From assembly GCA_035429605.1 (NCBI GenBank), contig DAOMFD010000003.1:1-38984 (forward strand): a stretch of DNA of 38,984 nt, written 5' to 3'. This document shows positions 1-14,672 of the stretch, piece by piece. The translations under genes and the position numbers were made by a program. The notes below the pieces were generated by a model that saw only the letters and a program-made list of their open reading frames with translations, had not been told where the DNA came from and ran no database searches. Source of the DNA: Steroidobacteraceae bacterium. GTDB lineage: Bacteria; Pseudomonadota; Gammaproteobacteria; Steroidobacterales; Steroidobacteraceae. The first letter of the stretch is position 1; each line of letters starts with the position of its first letter.

Positions 1-2525
<2,525 letters not shown>

Positions 2526-2649
2526 TGGGGCTCCGGGAGACAGGGGCAGGGGAAAGGGCGAAATTTTACAGGAAAGAGGCTTCCGGGTACCGGCCCGGGG
2601 CCCCGGCCCGCGCCCGTATGACCCGTTCGTTGGCCCCGGCTGGCCGAAT

Positions 2650-3567
2650 TCAAGGCTGGCCGAGGTATCCCGCCGGATTCACCGGGCTGCCGTTCTTCTC
2701 GACCTCGAAGTGCACGTGGGTGCCCGTCGAGCGCCCGGTGCTGCCGATGATGGCGATCGCCTGTCCCTTCTGTATCGACTCGCCCTCGCGCACGAGGTTG
2801 CGGGAATTGTGCCCGTACAGCGTCACGAGGCCCGACGGGTGGGTGATTTCCACCACGTTGCCGTACCCGGAGCGAAATCCGGCGAAACTGACCACGCCGG
2901 GTCCGGTCGCGATCACGTGGGTGCCTGGCACGGCCGCGATGTCGACGCCCGGATGGAACGCCGTGTGTCCCGTGATGGGATCGGAGCGGAAGCCGAAATG
3001 CGACGAGATCCAGCCGCCGATCACGGGCAGGCCGCCCGGCAGGATGCGCGCGCCGAGCTGGCGCGTGGACATGAGGCTCTCGAGCACCGTGAGCTGGCGC
3101 TCGCGGTCCGCGAGTTGCTGCTCCAGCGAATCGAGGACGCTCGCCAGCTCCGGAACCTGCGCCGAGCCGGCCGCCTGCATGCCGAGTTCCGGTCCGCCCG
3201 CCGGAGGCGGCTCGTCGAAATTGAACTCGCCGCGGTCGAGGTTCGCGAGGTCGGTGATTCGCCGGCCGAGCGCGTCGAGGCGGATCAGGTGCGCGTTCAT
3301 CAGGCCGACGCGCGATGCGAGGGCATCGACCTTGCCCTGCAGCTGGCCGCGCGCCGTCTGCAGGTCGAGCTTCTGCTGGTCGAGTGCACGCGCGAGCTCA
3401 TCGCTCTCGAGCGGACCCGCGATGTGGCGACCGACCTGGAGGCCGGCGCCGAAGACGAGCGACACGACGGTCAGCGACACGGCCGCAGCCGCGAGCCACA
3501 CGCCCGGCCGCTTCAGGTCGACGTGGCGCACCTTGCCGGTGCGACTCGAAACAATCTTGAAATTCAT
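2650..3567 (-). CDS. M23/LytM-family metallopeptidase, membrane-anchored (EnvC/NlpD-like architecture)
   Basis: 305-aa ORF with an N-terminal hydrophobic segment ([17 protein letters not shown]) and a coiled-coil-like middle region. The C-terminal M23 domain keeps intact metal-ligand motifs (HPGVD and HVHFEV). Confidence 0.85.
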   Translation of the reverse strand: MNFKIVSSRTGKVRHVDLKRPGVWLAAAAVSLTVVSLVFGAGLQVGRHIAGPLESDELARALDQQKLDLQTARGQLQGKVDALASRVGLMNAHLIRLDALGRRITDLANLDRGEFNFDEPPPAGGPELGMQAAGSAQVPELASVLDSLEQQLADRERQLTVLESLMSTRQLGARILPGGLPVIGGWISSHFGFRSDPITGHTAFHPGVDIAAVPGTHVIATGPGVVSFAGFRSGYGNVVEITHPSGLVTLYGHNSRNLVREGESIQKGQAIAIIGSTGRSTGTHVHFEVEKNGSPVNPAGYLGQP

Positions 3568-3800
3568 CGCGGCGCTTTTCCCCTCGGCAGCCGTGGAACC
3601 GGCCGTCGATCGTCAATGCGACGGCCTTGCAACGCTTCGACCCCTGGCGTGCCTTTTCGCTGGCTAGACACGCACCAACCGCCAGTACCCAGCTGGAGGG
3701 AGACCGGCCAATGGACCAGCCCGGTCAAGGGTGCGAGACTATGAACGAAGCGCCCTGTGCCCGCAATAAGTGAGTGCCGTCTGTTAACGAAAAATTGACT

Positions 3801-4118
3801 ATGGCAGGCGTGGAAAAGTCTCGCTTCGGCACCCCGCTCGAGGGCCTCGAGCACCTCGCACGACGGGCTGCCGCCCAGGACTCACTGGCGAGGCTCGTGC
3901 AGGAGATGCTGCCGGATCCGCTGGGCGCGCACGTCGTGGGGGCCAGCCGCCGCGAGGCGGACCTGGTGATCATCGTCGATTCGGCCGCCTGGGCGGCGCG
4001 CGTGCGCTATGCGGGCCCGAGGCTCAAGGAGGAGTTGGCCGTCCGCGGCGAGCCCGTGGCCGGCACGATCAGGGTCAAGGTGCGGGGGAGAGCCGCAACC
4101 AGCCCACGGGGTCGTTGA
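3801..4118 (+). CDS. Small DUF721/DciA-like protein (possible replicative-helicase operator). An alternative GTG start lies at 3774.
   Basis: The ORF reads MAGVEKSRFGTPLEGLEHLARRAAAQDSLARLVQEMLPDPLGAHVVGASRREADLVIIVDSAAWAARVRYAGPRLKEEL.... The pattern (hydrophobic run, V-G, then L-V-I-x-V-D-S-A-A-W-A) and the position between secA/M23 and lpxC fit my memory of DUF721 proteins. No HMM search was possible and no clear SD is visible. Confidence 0.5.
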   Translation: MAGVEKSRFGTPLEGLEHLARRAAAQDSLARLVQEMLPDPLGAHVVGASRREADLVIIVDSAAWAARVRYAGPRLKEELAVRGEPVAGTIRVKVRGRAATSPRGR

Positions 4119-4132
4119 CCCCGGGATTGGCC

Positions 4133-5050
4133 CTATGCGTGAGCTGCGGACGCGGCGGCCACGTACGAAATGGGCGCGTCCTGCAGCGTCTCGAACGTGA
4201 CGTCTTCCCACGCCGCGCTGTCGGCGATGAGCGCCCGCAGCAGGCGATTGTTGAGGCCGTGCCCGGACTTGTATCCGCTGAACTCGCCGATCAGGCCGTG
4301 GCCGAGCAGGTAGAGGTCGCCGATCGCGTCGAGGACCTTGTGCTTCACGAACTCGTCCTCGTAGCGCAGGCCGTCCTCGTTCAAGATCCGGTAGTCGTCG
4401 AGCACGATCGCGTTGTCGAGGTTGCCGCCGAGGGCGAGGTTGCGCGATCGCATGTACTCGAGGTCGCGCATGAAGCCGAAGGTGCGGGCCCGGCTCACTT
4501 CGCGCAGGAAGGACGTCGTCGAGAACTCCATCGACGCCACCTGCGACCGGCGCTTGAAGACGGGATGGTCGAACTCGATCTCGAAGTTGACCCTGAAACC
4601 GTCGTGCGGGTCGAAGCGCGCCCATTTCTCGCCGTCCTCGACCATGACGCTCCTGCGGATGCGCACGAACTTCTTCGGCGCATTCTGTTCCTCGATGCCG
4701 GCCGACTGCAGCAGGAACACGAACGGTCCCGCGCTGCCGTCCATGATCGGGACTTCGTCCGACGACAACTCGATGATCGCGTTGTCGATGCCGAGCCCCG
4801 CCAGCGCCGACAGCAGGTGCTCGATCGTCGAGACCTTCACGCCGTCCTTCACGATCGTGGTGCCGAGCGTCGTGTCCCCCACCGCCTCGGCGCGCGCCGG
4901 GATGTCCACCGGCTCGTCGAGGTCCGTGCGGCGGAACCAGATGCCGTGGTTGGCCGGGGCGGGCCTGAGCACCATCAGCACCTTCTTGCCGGTGTGCAGG
5001 CCGACGCCGGTGGCGCGGATCGAGTTCTTGAGGGTTCGTTGCTTCAGCAT
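4133..5050 (-). CDS. lpxC: UDP-3-O-acyl-N-acetylglucosamine deacetylase
   Basis: 305 aa. The N-terminus [24 protein letters not shown] is near-identical in pattern to canonical LpxC, and the match runs full length. Confidence 0.97.
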   Translation of the reverse strand: MLKQRTLKNSIRATGVGLHTGKKVLMVLRPAPANHGIWFRRTDLDEPVDIPARAEAVGDTTLGTTIVKDGVKVSTIEHLLSALAGLGIDNAIIELSSDEVPIMDGSAGPFVFLLQSAGIEEQNAPKKFVRIRRSVMVEDGEKWARFDPHDGFRVNFEIEFDHPVFKRRSQVASMEFSTTSFLREVSRARTFGFMRDLEYMRSRNLALGGNLDNAIVLDDYRILNEDGLRYEDEFVKHKVLDAIGDLYLLGHGLIGEFSGYKSGHGLNNRLLRALIADSAAWEDVTFETLQDAPISYVAAASAAHA

Positions 5051-5184
5051 GCCAGGGTCCTGGTCGCGCTCGCGGAGCGCCCCCCTGAAAAGTTAGCGAA
5101 AAAGGATATCACAGCCGTCCTTGATCACGTAACTCGTTGATTTGACGAGATTGTCTGCGTCACCGAGGCCCGGGCGGCGGCGCC

Positions 5185-5217
5185 TCGAGACCCGGGAAGG
5201 GGCTTCCCGGGCCTCGA
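5185..5217 (-). terminator. Possible attenuator or mRNA-stabilising hairpin between ftsZ and lpxC
   Basis: On the minus strand: UCGAG-G-CCCGGGAAG-CCCC-CUUCCCGGG-U-CUCGA. This gives a stem of about 15 bp with one G-U pair and a 4-nt loop. There is no U-tract after it, so it is not a classical intrinsic terminator. Confidence 0.3.
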
Positions 5218-5253
5218 TACGCCTTGGGCCACGACCTGCGCTGGTCACGCGGC

Positions 5254-6426
5254 TCAGTCGGCCTGCCGGCGCAGGAAGGCCGGGATGTCCAGGAACGACT
5301 CGGCGTTCGGGTCGGCACGCAGGTCATCGCCGACCGCGCGCTGCCGGCGGCGCAGGTTGGCCGGGGTCTCGTAGTCCGCGTAGGTCTCGAGCGGGCGGCG
5401 CGCGGCGCGACCACCGGCCACGACCTCGACCTTGGGCTGCGCGCCCTGCGGCAGCCCGCGGATCGCTGCGGGCCGGCCGATGCCGGTCGCGACGACCGTG
5501 ACCCGGATCTGGTCGGTCATCTCCGGATCGATCACGTAGCCGACGACGACCGTGGCATCTTCCGAGGCGAACTGCTTGATCGTGTCGCCGACCACGTGGA
5601 ACTCGCTGGTGCGCAGGTCCATGCCGGCCGTCACGTTGATCAGCAGGCCGTGCGCGCCGGAGAGGTTCACGTCCTCGAGCAGCGGGCTCGAGATCGCCGC
5701 TTCGGCCGCCGCGCGCGCGCGATTCTCGCCCGTGGCCGCGCCCGATCCCATCATCGCCATGCCGGTCTCGGCCATCACCGTGCGCACGTCGGCGAAGTCC
5801 ACGTTGATGAGGCCCGGCCGGGTGATCAGCTCGGCGATGCCCTGCACCGCGCCCTGCAGCACCTGGTTCGCGGACTTGAAGGCGTCGAGCAGCGTCGTGT
5901 CGCCGCCGAGCACCGTGAGCAGCTTCTGGTTCGGGATGGTGATCAGCGAGTCCACGTACTTGCCCAGTTCGCCGATGCCCTGGTCGGCGAGCGCGAGGCG
6001 CTTGTTGCCTTCCATCTCGAAGGGCTTGGTGACGACCGCGACGGTGAGGATGCCGAGTTCCTTCGCCACCTGCGCCACGACCGGCGCCGCACCGGTGCCC
6101 GTCCCGCCGCCCATGCCGGCGGTGATGAAGATCATGTCGGAGCCTTCGACCAGCTCGACGATGCGGTCGCGATCCTCCATCGCGGCCTGGCGGCCGACCT
6201 CCGGGTCGGCGCCCGCGCCGAGTCCCTTGGTGATGTTCTGGCCGATCTGCAGGCTCATCTTCACCTTCGAGTGCTTCAGTGCCTGCGAGTCGGTGTTGAT
6301 GCAGACGAAGTCCACGCCCTCGATGCCCGAGCTGACCATGTGAGTGACCGCATTGCCACCGCCGCCGCCGACTCCGACGACCTTGATGACGGCCCCCTGA
6401 TTTTCAGTGTCTGCAAGTACGAACAT
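5254..6426 (-). CDS. ftsZ: Cell division GTPase FtsZ
   Basis: 390 aa with GVGGGGGNAV and the tubulin signature GGGTGTGAAP. The C-terminal peptide is DIPAFLRRQAD. A GGAG lies 9 nt upstream of the ATG. Confidence 0.98.
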   Translation of the reverse strand: MFVLADTENQGAVIKVVGVGGGGGNAVTHMVSSGIEGVDFVCINTDSQALKHSKVKMSLQIGQNITKGLGAGADPEVGRQAAMEDRDRIVELVEGSDMIFITAGMGGGTGTGAAPVVAQVAKELGILTVAVVTKPFEMEGNKRLALADQGIGELGKYVDSLITIPNQKLLTVLGGDTTLLDAFKSANQVLQGAVQGIAELITRPGLINVDFADVRTVMAETGMAMMGSGAATGENRARAAAEAAISSPLLEDVNLSGAHGLLINVTAGMDLRTSEFHVVGDTIKQFASEDATVVVGYVIDPEMTDQIRVTVVATGIGRPAAIRGLPQGAQPKVEVVAGGRAARRPLETYADYETPANLRRRQRAVGDDLRADPNAESFLDIPAFLRRQAD

Positions 6427-6632
6427 TGTTTGCTGCTCCAGTGATGAGTGTGACCAGTGACTCGAGATCCGTGACTGACCCGTGATCCGCGATCATTTGG
6501 GCGCGGCCATGCCGCCGCCCGAATTCCTTACCGCCCCTTCCGCCGCCTTCCTCACGACCTGCCCTCCTCGTTCCGCCCGCCTCCGCTACCCGCCTGCCTC
6601 GATCCGCCGTCGGCCGTCCGCCGACCGCTGCC

Positions 6633-7868
6633 CTAGAAATTCCCCTGGAACCACGCGCGCATCCGGTCCACGACGCTGCGCATGCCGTTCGCGACGGGCG
6701 CGGTGCGGCCGCGGCGCACGTAGTTCTCGCGCCCGAACAGCAGCAATCCGACGCCGGTGGCGTGGATGGGATTGCGCACGACGTCCACGAGCCCGCTCAC
6801 GCCCTGCGGCAGCCCGAGCCGCACCGGCGCGTGGAAGACCTCCTCCGCGAGGTCGATGACGCCTTCCATCTTGGCGCTGCCGCCGGTGAGCACGACGCCG
6901 GCCGCGATCATCTCGTCGAAGCCCGAGCGGCGCAGTTCCTCGCGCACCAGCTGGAACAGCTCCTCGTAGCGCGGCTCGACGACCTCGGCGAGCGTCTGGC
7001 GCGCGAGGCGGCGCGCCGGCCGGTCGCCCACGCTCGGCACCTCGATCGTCTCGTCCGGGTTGGCGAGCTGCGACAGCGCGCACGCGTAGCGGACCTTGAT
7101 CTCCTCGGCGTGGTGCGTCGGGGTGCGCAGGCTCACGGCGATGTCGTTGGTGACCTGGTCGCCGGCGATGGGAATCACCGCGGTGTGGCGGATCGCCCCG
7201 CCCGAGAACACGGCGATGTCCGTGGTGCCGCCGCCGACGTCCACGAGGCACACGCCGAGCTCCTTCTCGTCGTCGGCCAGCACCGCATAGCTCGACGCGA
7301 GCTGCTCGAGCACGATGTCCTCGACCTCGAGCCCGCAGCGCTGCACGCACTTGACGATGTTCTGCGCCGCGCTGTCGGCGCCGGTGACGATGTGCACCTT
7401 CGCCTCGAGGCGCACGCCGGACATGCCGATCGGCTCGCGGATGCCCTCCTGCGAGTCGATGATGAATTCCTGCGGCAGGATGTGCAGGATCTTCTGGTCG
7501 GCCGGGATCGCCACCGCGCGCGCCGCGTCGATCACGCGGTCCACGTCCCCGGGCATCACTTCCTTGTCGCGGATCGCGACGATGCCGTGCGAGTTGAGCG
7601 AGCGCACGTGCGAACCCGCGATGCCGGCGAACACCGAGTGGATCTCGCAGCCGGCCATCAATTCCGCCTCTTCCACCGCGCGCTGGATGGACTGCACGGT
7701 CGAGTCGATGTTCACGACCACGCCCTTCTTGAGGCCGCGCGAGGGGTGCGTGCCCAGGCCCACCACCTCGATCGTCCCGTCGAGGCCGAGCTCGCCGACG
7801 ATCGCCACCACCTTGGACGTGCCGATGTCGAGCCCGACGATCATGTTGCGTTCAGTCTTCTTAGGCAT
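6633..7868 (-). CDS. ftsA: Cell division protein FtsA
   Basis: The track ORF (6633..7937) is 5'-overextended. The likely start is ATG at 7868 (MPKKTERNMIVGLDIGTSKVVAIVGE), which overlaps the ftsQ stop as ATGCCTAA. It has the actin-like fold motifs and a C-terminal amphipathic tail (MRAWFQGNF). Confidence 0.95.
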   Translation of the reverse strand: MPKKTERNMIVGLDIGTSKVVAIVGELGLDGTIEVVGLGTHPSRGLKKGVVVNIDSTVQSIQRAVEEAELMAGCEIHSVFAGIAGSHVRSLNSHGIVAIRDKEVMPGDVDRVIDAARAVAIPADQKILHILPQEFIIDSQEGIREPIGMSGVRLEAKVHIVTGADSAAQNIVKCVQRCGLEVEDIVLEQLASSYAVLADDEKELGVCLVDVGGGTTDIAVFSGGAIRHTAVIPIAGDQVTNDIAVSLRTPTHHAEEIKVRYACALSQLANPDETIEVPSVGDRPARRLARQTLAEVVEPRYEELFQLVREELRRSGFDEMIAAGVVLTGGSAKMEGVIDLAEEVFHAPVRLGLPQGVSGLVDVVRNPIHATGVGLLLFGRENYVRRGRTAPVANGMRSVVDRMRAWFQGNF

Positions 7869-8658
7869 CGGGTGTCGCGGCCTCCTGCGGTGCCACGGCG
7901 AGGGCGGAACGCGCGTTCCAGCCGACGCTGAATCCATTGGTGTAGCGCATGTCGACGTACTTGATCTCCGCGAGCCGCTTGGAGACCAGCGGGCTCGCGA
8001 GCCGGATGAATTGCCCGAGCCGCTCGTTCACGGCCTGCCGGCCGAGCTTGACCACGACGCCGTTGGTGAGCTGCAGCTCCCACGCGCCGCGTTCGTCGAG
8101 GCGCACGCCGGTGAGGCGCAGCCCGGCTTCGAGCAGCGGGCCCTGCGCCTCGAGGTACAACTGCGCGACGCGGTGTTCGCTGCCGTCCGGGCCCTGCAGC
8201 AGCGGCAGCTCGGGCGGCACGTAGCGCGCGTTGCGGACGAACAGTTCCCCGCGTGCGTTCAGCAGCCCCGCCTCGTTCCAGCGCGCCGCGGCCACCTGCT
8301 CGGTGACGGTCACCCGGATCGCGTCCGGCCAGCGGCGCTGGACCACGGCGTGGTCGACCCACTCGATGCGCTCGATGCGCTCGCGCACCAGGTCGAGGTC
8401 CACCGACGCGAGGCCACCGTGCACGACCTCGACGACCGCGCTCTCGATCTCCGGGGGCGAGACGCGCTGGAACGCGCCCTCGACCAGCACGCGGCGCACC
8501 GGGCGGTCGAGCGCCAGCACCAGCAGCAGCGCGACCAGCGCCAGGCCCGCGAGGATGCCGGCGGCGGCGCCGAGCGCGCGCCAGTTGACCCGCGCAACCA
8601 GGGACTGCTCCCCGTTGCGGGGCTGGCGGCGGTTGCGCTTTTTCCAGAATGCCAGCAT
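7861..8658 (-). CDS. ftsQ: Cell division protein FtsQ
   Basis: 265 aa with a basic N-terminus, one TM segment (AAAGILAGLALVALLLVLAL) and a POTRA-like region. Its position between ddl and ftsA fits. A GAGGA overlaps the ddl stop 9 nt upstream. Confidence 0.9.
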   Translation of the reverse strand: MLAFWKKRNRRQPRNGEQSLVARVNWRALGAAAGILAGLALVALLLVLALDRPVRRVLVEGAFQRVSPPEIESAVVEVVHGGLASVDLDLVRERIERIEWVDHAVVQRRWPDAIRVTVTEQVAAARWNEAGLLNARGELFVRNARYVPPELPLLQGPDGSEHRVAQLYLEAQGPLLEAGLRLTGVRLDERGAWELQLTNGVVVKLGRQAVNERLGQFIRLASPLVSKRLAEIKYVDMRYTNGFSVGWNARSALAVAPQEAATPDA

Positions 8659-8667
8659 CCGTGATCC

Positions 8668-9629
8668 TCAGTCCCTGCGCGCGACGCAGCTCGTCTCGAG
8701 CACGCGCCACACCAGCTCGTCGAACTCGATGCCGCGCATGCGGGCCGCCTTGGGCACGAGCGAGTGGCTCGTCATGCCGGGCGCGGTATTGACCTCGAGC
8801 AGCCACGGCTTGCCCGCGCGGTCGCGCATGACGTCGACGCGGCCCCATCCGCTGCAGCCGACGGCGAAGAACGCGGCGAGCGCGAGGCTGCCGAACTCCT
8901 GCTCGACGGCGCCGGTCGCGCCCGGGCAGACGTACTGGGTGTCCTCGGCGACGTACTTGGCGTGGTAGTCGTAGTACTCGCCGGCCGGCACGATGCGGAT
9001 CGAAGGCAGCGCATCCGTGCCCAGCACGGCGACGGTGTATTCGTCTCCCACGATCAGCTGCTCGACGAGCATCGGCCCGGCGTAGCGCGCAGCCAGCTCC
9101 ACCGCCGCCGCGAGGTCCGCTTCCTTGAAGCAGCGCGAGATGCCGACGCTCGATCCCTCCAGGGCGGGCTTGACGATGACCGGCAGCCCGAGCTTGTGCG
9201 CCGCCGCCACGACGTCGTCGCCGCGCTCGAGGCTCACGTAGCCCGGCGTCGGCAGGCCGAGCGCCATCCACACCTGCTTGGTGCGGATCTTGTCCATCGA
9301 CAGCGCCGAGCCGAGCACGCCGGAACCGGTGTACGGCACGCCGAACGCATCGAGCAATCCCTGCAGGATGCCGTCCTCGCCGCCGCCACGATGCCCGTGC
9401 AGGATGTTGAATACACGGTCGATCCGGCGACCAGCGGCCGGCGCGACCAGCTCCGCAACGAGCCCCGGGATTCCGTCCACGGCAAACGCGTCGACGCCGC
9501 GCCGCACCAGCGCCTCGAGCACGTTGCGCCCCGAATCGAGCGAGACCTCGCGCTCCGAAGAGGTCCCGCCCATCACCACGGCGACGCGGCCGAAGTCCCG
9601 CGGATCGGTGATGCGATGCGATGCGTGCG

Positions 9630-9633
<4 letters not shown>
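8668..9633 (-). CDS. ddl: D-alanine--D-alanine ligase
   Basis: The track ORF is overextended to 9825. The real start is ATG at 9633 ([35 protein letters not shown]), in an ATGA overlap with the murC stop. An ATP-grasp body follows. Confidence 0.95.
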
Positions 9634-11047
<1,414 letters not shown>

Positions 11048-11051
<4 letters not shown>

Positions 11052-12139
11052 GCCGCACCTCCCGCCACCGCGACGCAGGCGTCGGCCAGCCGTTCGTCCG
11101 CATCCGTGATCGCCGACGCGCGCGCGGCGCAGGCCATGCGCTCGAGCCGGGGCCGCCCGGCCTCGAGCAGCTCGCGCAGCTTCGCGGCGAGCGACAGCGG
11201 GGTGAGTCCTGCCTCGGCCACCAGCACCGCCGCACCGGCGCGGACCATGTGCTGGGCATTGCGAGTCTGGTGATCGTCCACGGCGGACGGGAACGGCACG
11301 AGCACCGCAGGCACGCCGGCGGCCGTGAGCTCGGCGATCGTGAGCGCGCCCGCGCGGCACACGGCCAGGTCGGCCCAGCCGTAGGCGCTCGCCATGTCGT
11401 CGATGAACGCGCGCACGTCGGCCTCGATCCCGCGCGCGCCATAAGCCGCCGCGGTATCCGCCGCGCCCCGAACCCCGGTTTGGTGCAGGACGTCCGGCCG
11501 CAGCCAGTCGGGCAGCTCCGCGATCGCGGCGGGAACCACGGCGTTGAGTCGCGCGGCGCCCTGGCTGCCGCCGAAGACGAGCAATCGCGCCCGGCCTTCG
11601 CGGCCCGCGTAACGACGCTCCGGCGGCGCGATGTCGGCGATCTCCTTGCGCACCGGGTTGCCGACGCACTCCGCCTTCACGCCCTTGCCGAAACTGCCAG
11701 GGAATCCCTCGAGCACCCGGTCGGCCAGCCGCGCGAGCAGGCGATTGGTGAGGCCGGCGATGGCGTTCTGCTCGTGCACGACGAGCGGCGTGCGCGTGAG
11801 CCAGGCCGCGACGCCGCCCGGTCCCGACACGAATCCGCCTGCGCCGAGGACGACGCGCGGCTTGTGCCTGCGCACCGCACGCAATGCCTGCATCAACGCG
11901 GTGGCAAGCTTGAACGGAGCCGCGAGGAGTGTCGTGATGCCCTTGCCGCGCAGGCCGCCGACGCTCAGCCACTCGACGGGGATGCCGGCGGCGGGCACGA
12001 GCCGCGCCTCGATGCCGCGCTGGGTGCCGAGCCACACGATGTCGTAGCCGCGGCGCTGCAGGACGCGCGCCGTCGCGAGCGCCGGGAACACGTGGCCGCC
12101 CGTGCCGCCCGCCATGATCATTGCGGTGGGACGGCTCAT
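11048..12139 (-). CDS. murG: Lipid II-forming UDP-GlcNAc transferase MurG
   Basis: The start is ATG at 12139 ([24 protein letters not shown]), in an ATGA overlap with the ftsW stop. The track ORF is overextended to 12874. Confidence 0.95.
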
Positions 12140-13320
12140 TCGCGGCGCGCCTCCCGCGACGCGGCCGGCCGCCCGGCCTGCTGCGTCTCGTGGTTGATGC
12201 GCAGCAGCAGCCCGATGACGCCCAGCGTGACCAGCATGCTGCTGCCGCCGTAGGACAGCAGCGGCAGGGTGAGCCCCTTGGTCGGCAGCAGGCCCATGTT
12301 GACGCCGATGTTCACGAACGCCTGCAGTCCGAGCCAGATGCCGATCGACGCGGCGAGGCAGGACTGGAACGGCAGGTCGGCATCGGCGGCGCGGCGCGAG
12401 ATCTCGAGCGCGCGGCCGACCAGCAGCGCAAAGAGCCCGATCACGACGCACACGCCCAGGAACCCGAACTCCTCCGCCAGCACGGCGAACACGAAGTCGG
12501 TGTGCGCCTCGGGCAGGTAGAACAGCTTCTGCACGCTCGAGCCCAGGCCGACGCCGAACCACTCGCCGCGCCCGATGGCGATGAGCGACTGCACGAGCTG
12601 GAAGCCGCTGTCGAACGGGTCTTCCCAGGGATTGCGGAATGCCGTGAGGCGACGCATGCGGTACGACGAGGTCACGGCCAGCAGCGCCATGCCGGCGACG
12701 CCGACCACCACCGGCACGAGCAAGTGGTGCAGCCGGGCCCCGGCCAGGAACAGCACCGCGAGACCCGTGGCCATGAGCACGGTCGCGGCGCCGAAGTCCG
12801 GTTCGAGCAGCAGCAGCACCGCGGCGGCGCCGAGCACGACCACCGGCTTGATGAAGCCCTTGAAGTCCGAGCACAGTTCCTCGGAGCGGCGCACGGCGTA
12901 GCTCGCGACGTAGGTGAGGAGCATCACCCGCGCGAGCTCGGAGACCTGGAAGTTCATGAAGCCCAGCCGCGCCCAGCGCCGGCTGCCGTTGACCTCGTGG
13001 CCGATGCCCGGCACCAGCACCAGCAGCAGCAGCGCGAAGGCGCCGATCAGCAGCACGATCGAGTGCTTCTCCCAGATCCGCGTCGGGATGGCCATCGCGA
13101 CCAGCGCTGCCACCAGGCCCATGCCGACGTAGAACAACTGGTGCTCGAAGTAATAGAACGGGTTGCCGGACTCGCGGGCGGACACGCCGATCGACGCCGA
13201 GGCGACCATGACCAGGCCCACCAGCAGCAGGGCGGCCACCGTGCCGATGACCCAGGCGTCCAGGGCGTAGCGCCGCGGCTGGCCGGTGGAGCGCGCGTAG
13301 GAGATGGTCGTCGACGTCAT
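12136..13320 (-). CDS. ftsW: SEDS-family peptidoglycan polymerase / lipid II flippase FtsW
   Basis: 394-aa polytopic membrane protein of the FtsW/RodA pattern. It sits between murD and murG and has an ATGA overlap with the murD stop. Confidence 0.93.
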   Translation of the reverse strand: MTSTTISYARSTGQPRRYALDAWVIGTVAALLLVGLVMVASASIGVSARESGNPFYYFEHQLFYVGMGLVAALVAMAIPTRIWEKHSIVLLIGAFALLLLVLVPGIGHEVNGSRRWARLGFMNFQVSELARVMLLTYVASYAVRRSEELCSDFKGFIKPVVVLGAAAVLLLLEPDFGAATVLMATGLAVLFLAGARLHHLLVPVVVGVAGMALLAVTSSYRMRRLTAFRNPWEDPFDSGFQLVQSLIAIGRGEWFGVGLGSSVQKLFYLPEAHTDFVFAVLAEEFGFLGVCVVIGLFALLVGRALEISRRAADADLPFQSCLAASIGIWLGLQAFVNIGVNMGLLPTKGLTLPLLSYGGSSMLVTLGVIGLLLRINHETQQAGRPAASREARRE

Positions 13321-14672
13321 GCGGCGAGGCTCCTCACCGCGGTGGCGAACTCGTCGCCGCGGTGCGCGTAGTCACGGAACATGTCGAGGCTGGCGCAGGC
13401 CGGCGAGAGCAGCACGGTGTCGCCGGGGCGGGCGACCGCCCGCGCAGCCGCCACCGCGGACGCCATGTCGGCTGCGCTCTCGGTCGTGCAGACGCCCTCG
13501 AGCACGGCGGCGAGTCGCGGACCGTCGCGCCCGATCAGCACGGCGTGCCGGACCTTGCCGGCAAATGCGGCGCGCAGGTCGCCGAAGTCCTGGCCCTTGC
13601 CGTCCCCGCCCGCGATCAGCACGACCGGACCGCTCGTGCCGGTGACCGCGGCGATCGTCGCCCCGACGTTGGTCCCCTTCGAATCGTTCACGAAGTGCAC
13701 GCCGGCCACGTCGCGCACCCACTGCGCGCGGTGCGCGAGCCCGCCGAACCCGGCGAGCGCCTCGAGCACCGGGGCGCGCGGCAGTCCGAGGGCTTCGCAC
13801 ATGGCGAGCGCGGCGAGCGCGTTGGCCACGTTGTGCAGGCCCTTGATGCGCAGCGCGGACACCGGCAGCAACGGCTCGCCGCGGCACGCGAGAGTCGGTT
13901 GCGCACCGTCCGCGAGCGTGTAGTCCGCGGCCTCGTCCATGAGCCCGAACGACAGCACCCGCTGGCCGGGCCGCGGCATCTCGCGCACGAGCGGGTCGTC
14001 GGCGTTGACCACGGCGACCTCGCAGCCGTCGAAGATCCGCGCCTTCGCCTCTGCGTAGTCCGCGAGCGTGTCGTAGCGGTCCATGTGGTCGGGAGTGACG
14101 TTCAGCACCGTGGCGGTCGCCGTGGCGAGCGAGTACGTCGTCTCGAGCTGGAAGCTCGACAGCTCGAGCACGTACAGCGCCGGCACGGGCCGCTCGAGCA
14201 GGTCGAGCGCCGGTTCGCCGAGATTGGCGCCGGCCACGGCCGGTTGCCCGGCAGCGGTCGCGAGTTCGGCGAGCAGCGCGGTGACGGTGCTCTTGCCGTT
14301 CGTCCCGGTGATCGCGGCGACGGGCGCCTGGGCTTCGCGGGCAAACAGCTCGATGTCGCCGACCAGCGGCAGGCCGCGCTGCTGCGCCTCGCGTGCCACC
14401 GGTTCCTTGACCGAGAGCCCGGGGGAAATCACGACCTGCGCGACGTCGTCGAGCAGCCCGGACGCGAACGCCCCCGTGCGCACCTCGGCCTCCGGCACGT
14501 CGCTCAGCAGCTTCGCGACCCCCGGCGGCTCGGCGCGCGTGTCCGCGACGCGCACGCGCAGGCCCTTGCGCTTCAGGAAACGCGCCACCGACAACCCGGT
14601 GCGGCCGAGCCCGAGCACCAGCGCGCGGGAGCCCGGCTCGAGCGGCGCGAGACTTGTCGCGTGAGCCGTCAT
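13317..14672 (-). CDS. murD: UDP-N-acetylmuramoylalanine--D-glutamate ligase
   Basis: The start is ATG at 14672 ([33 protein letters not shown]), in an ATGA overlap with the mraY stop. It carries GTNGKSTV. The track ORF is overextended to 15731. Confidence 0.95.
   Translation of the reverse strand: MTAHATSLAPLEPGSRALVLGLGRTGLSVARFLKRKGLRVRVADTRAEPPGVAKLLSDVPEAEVRTGAFASGLLDDVAQVVISPGLSVKEPVAREAQQRGLPLVGDIELFAREAQAPVAAITGTNGKSTVTALLAELATAAGQPAVAGANLGEPALDLLERPVPALYVLELSSFQLETTYSLATATATVLNVTPDHMDRYDTLADYAEAKARIFDGCEVAVVNADDPLVREMPRPGQRVLSFGLMDEAADYTLADGAQPTLACRGEPLLPVSALRIKGLHNVANALAALAMCEALGLPRAPVLEALAGFGGLAHRAQWVRDVAGVHFVNDSKGTNVGATIAAVTGTSGPVVLIAGGDGKGQDFGDLRAAFAGKVRHAVLIGRDGPRLAAVLEGVCTTESAADMASAVAAARAVARPGDTVLLSPACASLDMFRDYAHRGDEFATAVRSLAA

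Noticed and set aside
2563-2568. TAAAAT as a -10 element for secA.
   Set aside because: There is no acceptable -35 at 16-18 nt, so a single hexamer is insufficient.
6511-6630. A possible G-quadruplex on the mRNA strand of the ftsA-ftsZ spacer.
   Set aside because: There are only four GGG runs, separated by loops of about 10 to 24 nt, which is too long for a confident G4 call. I kept the purine skew as an observation only.
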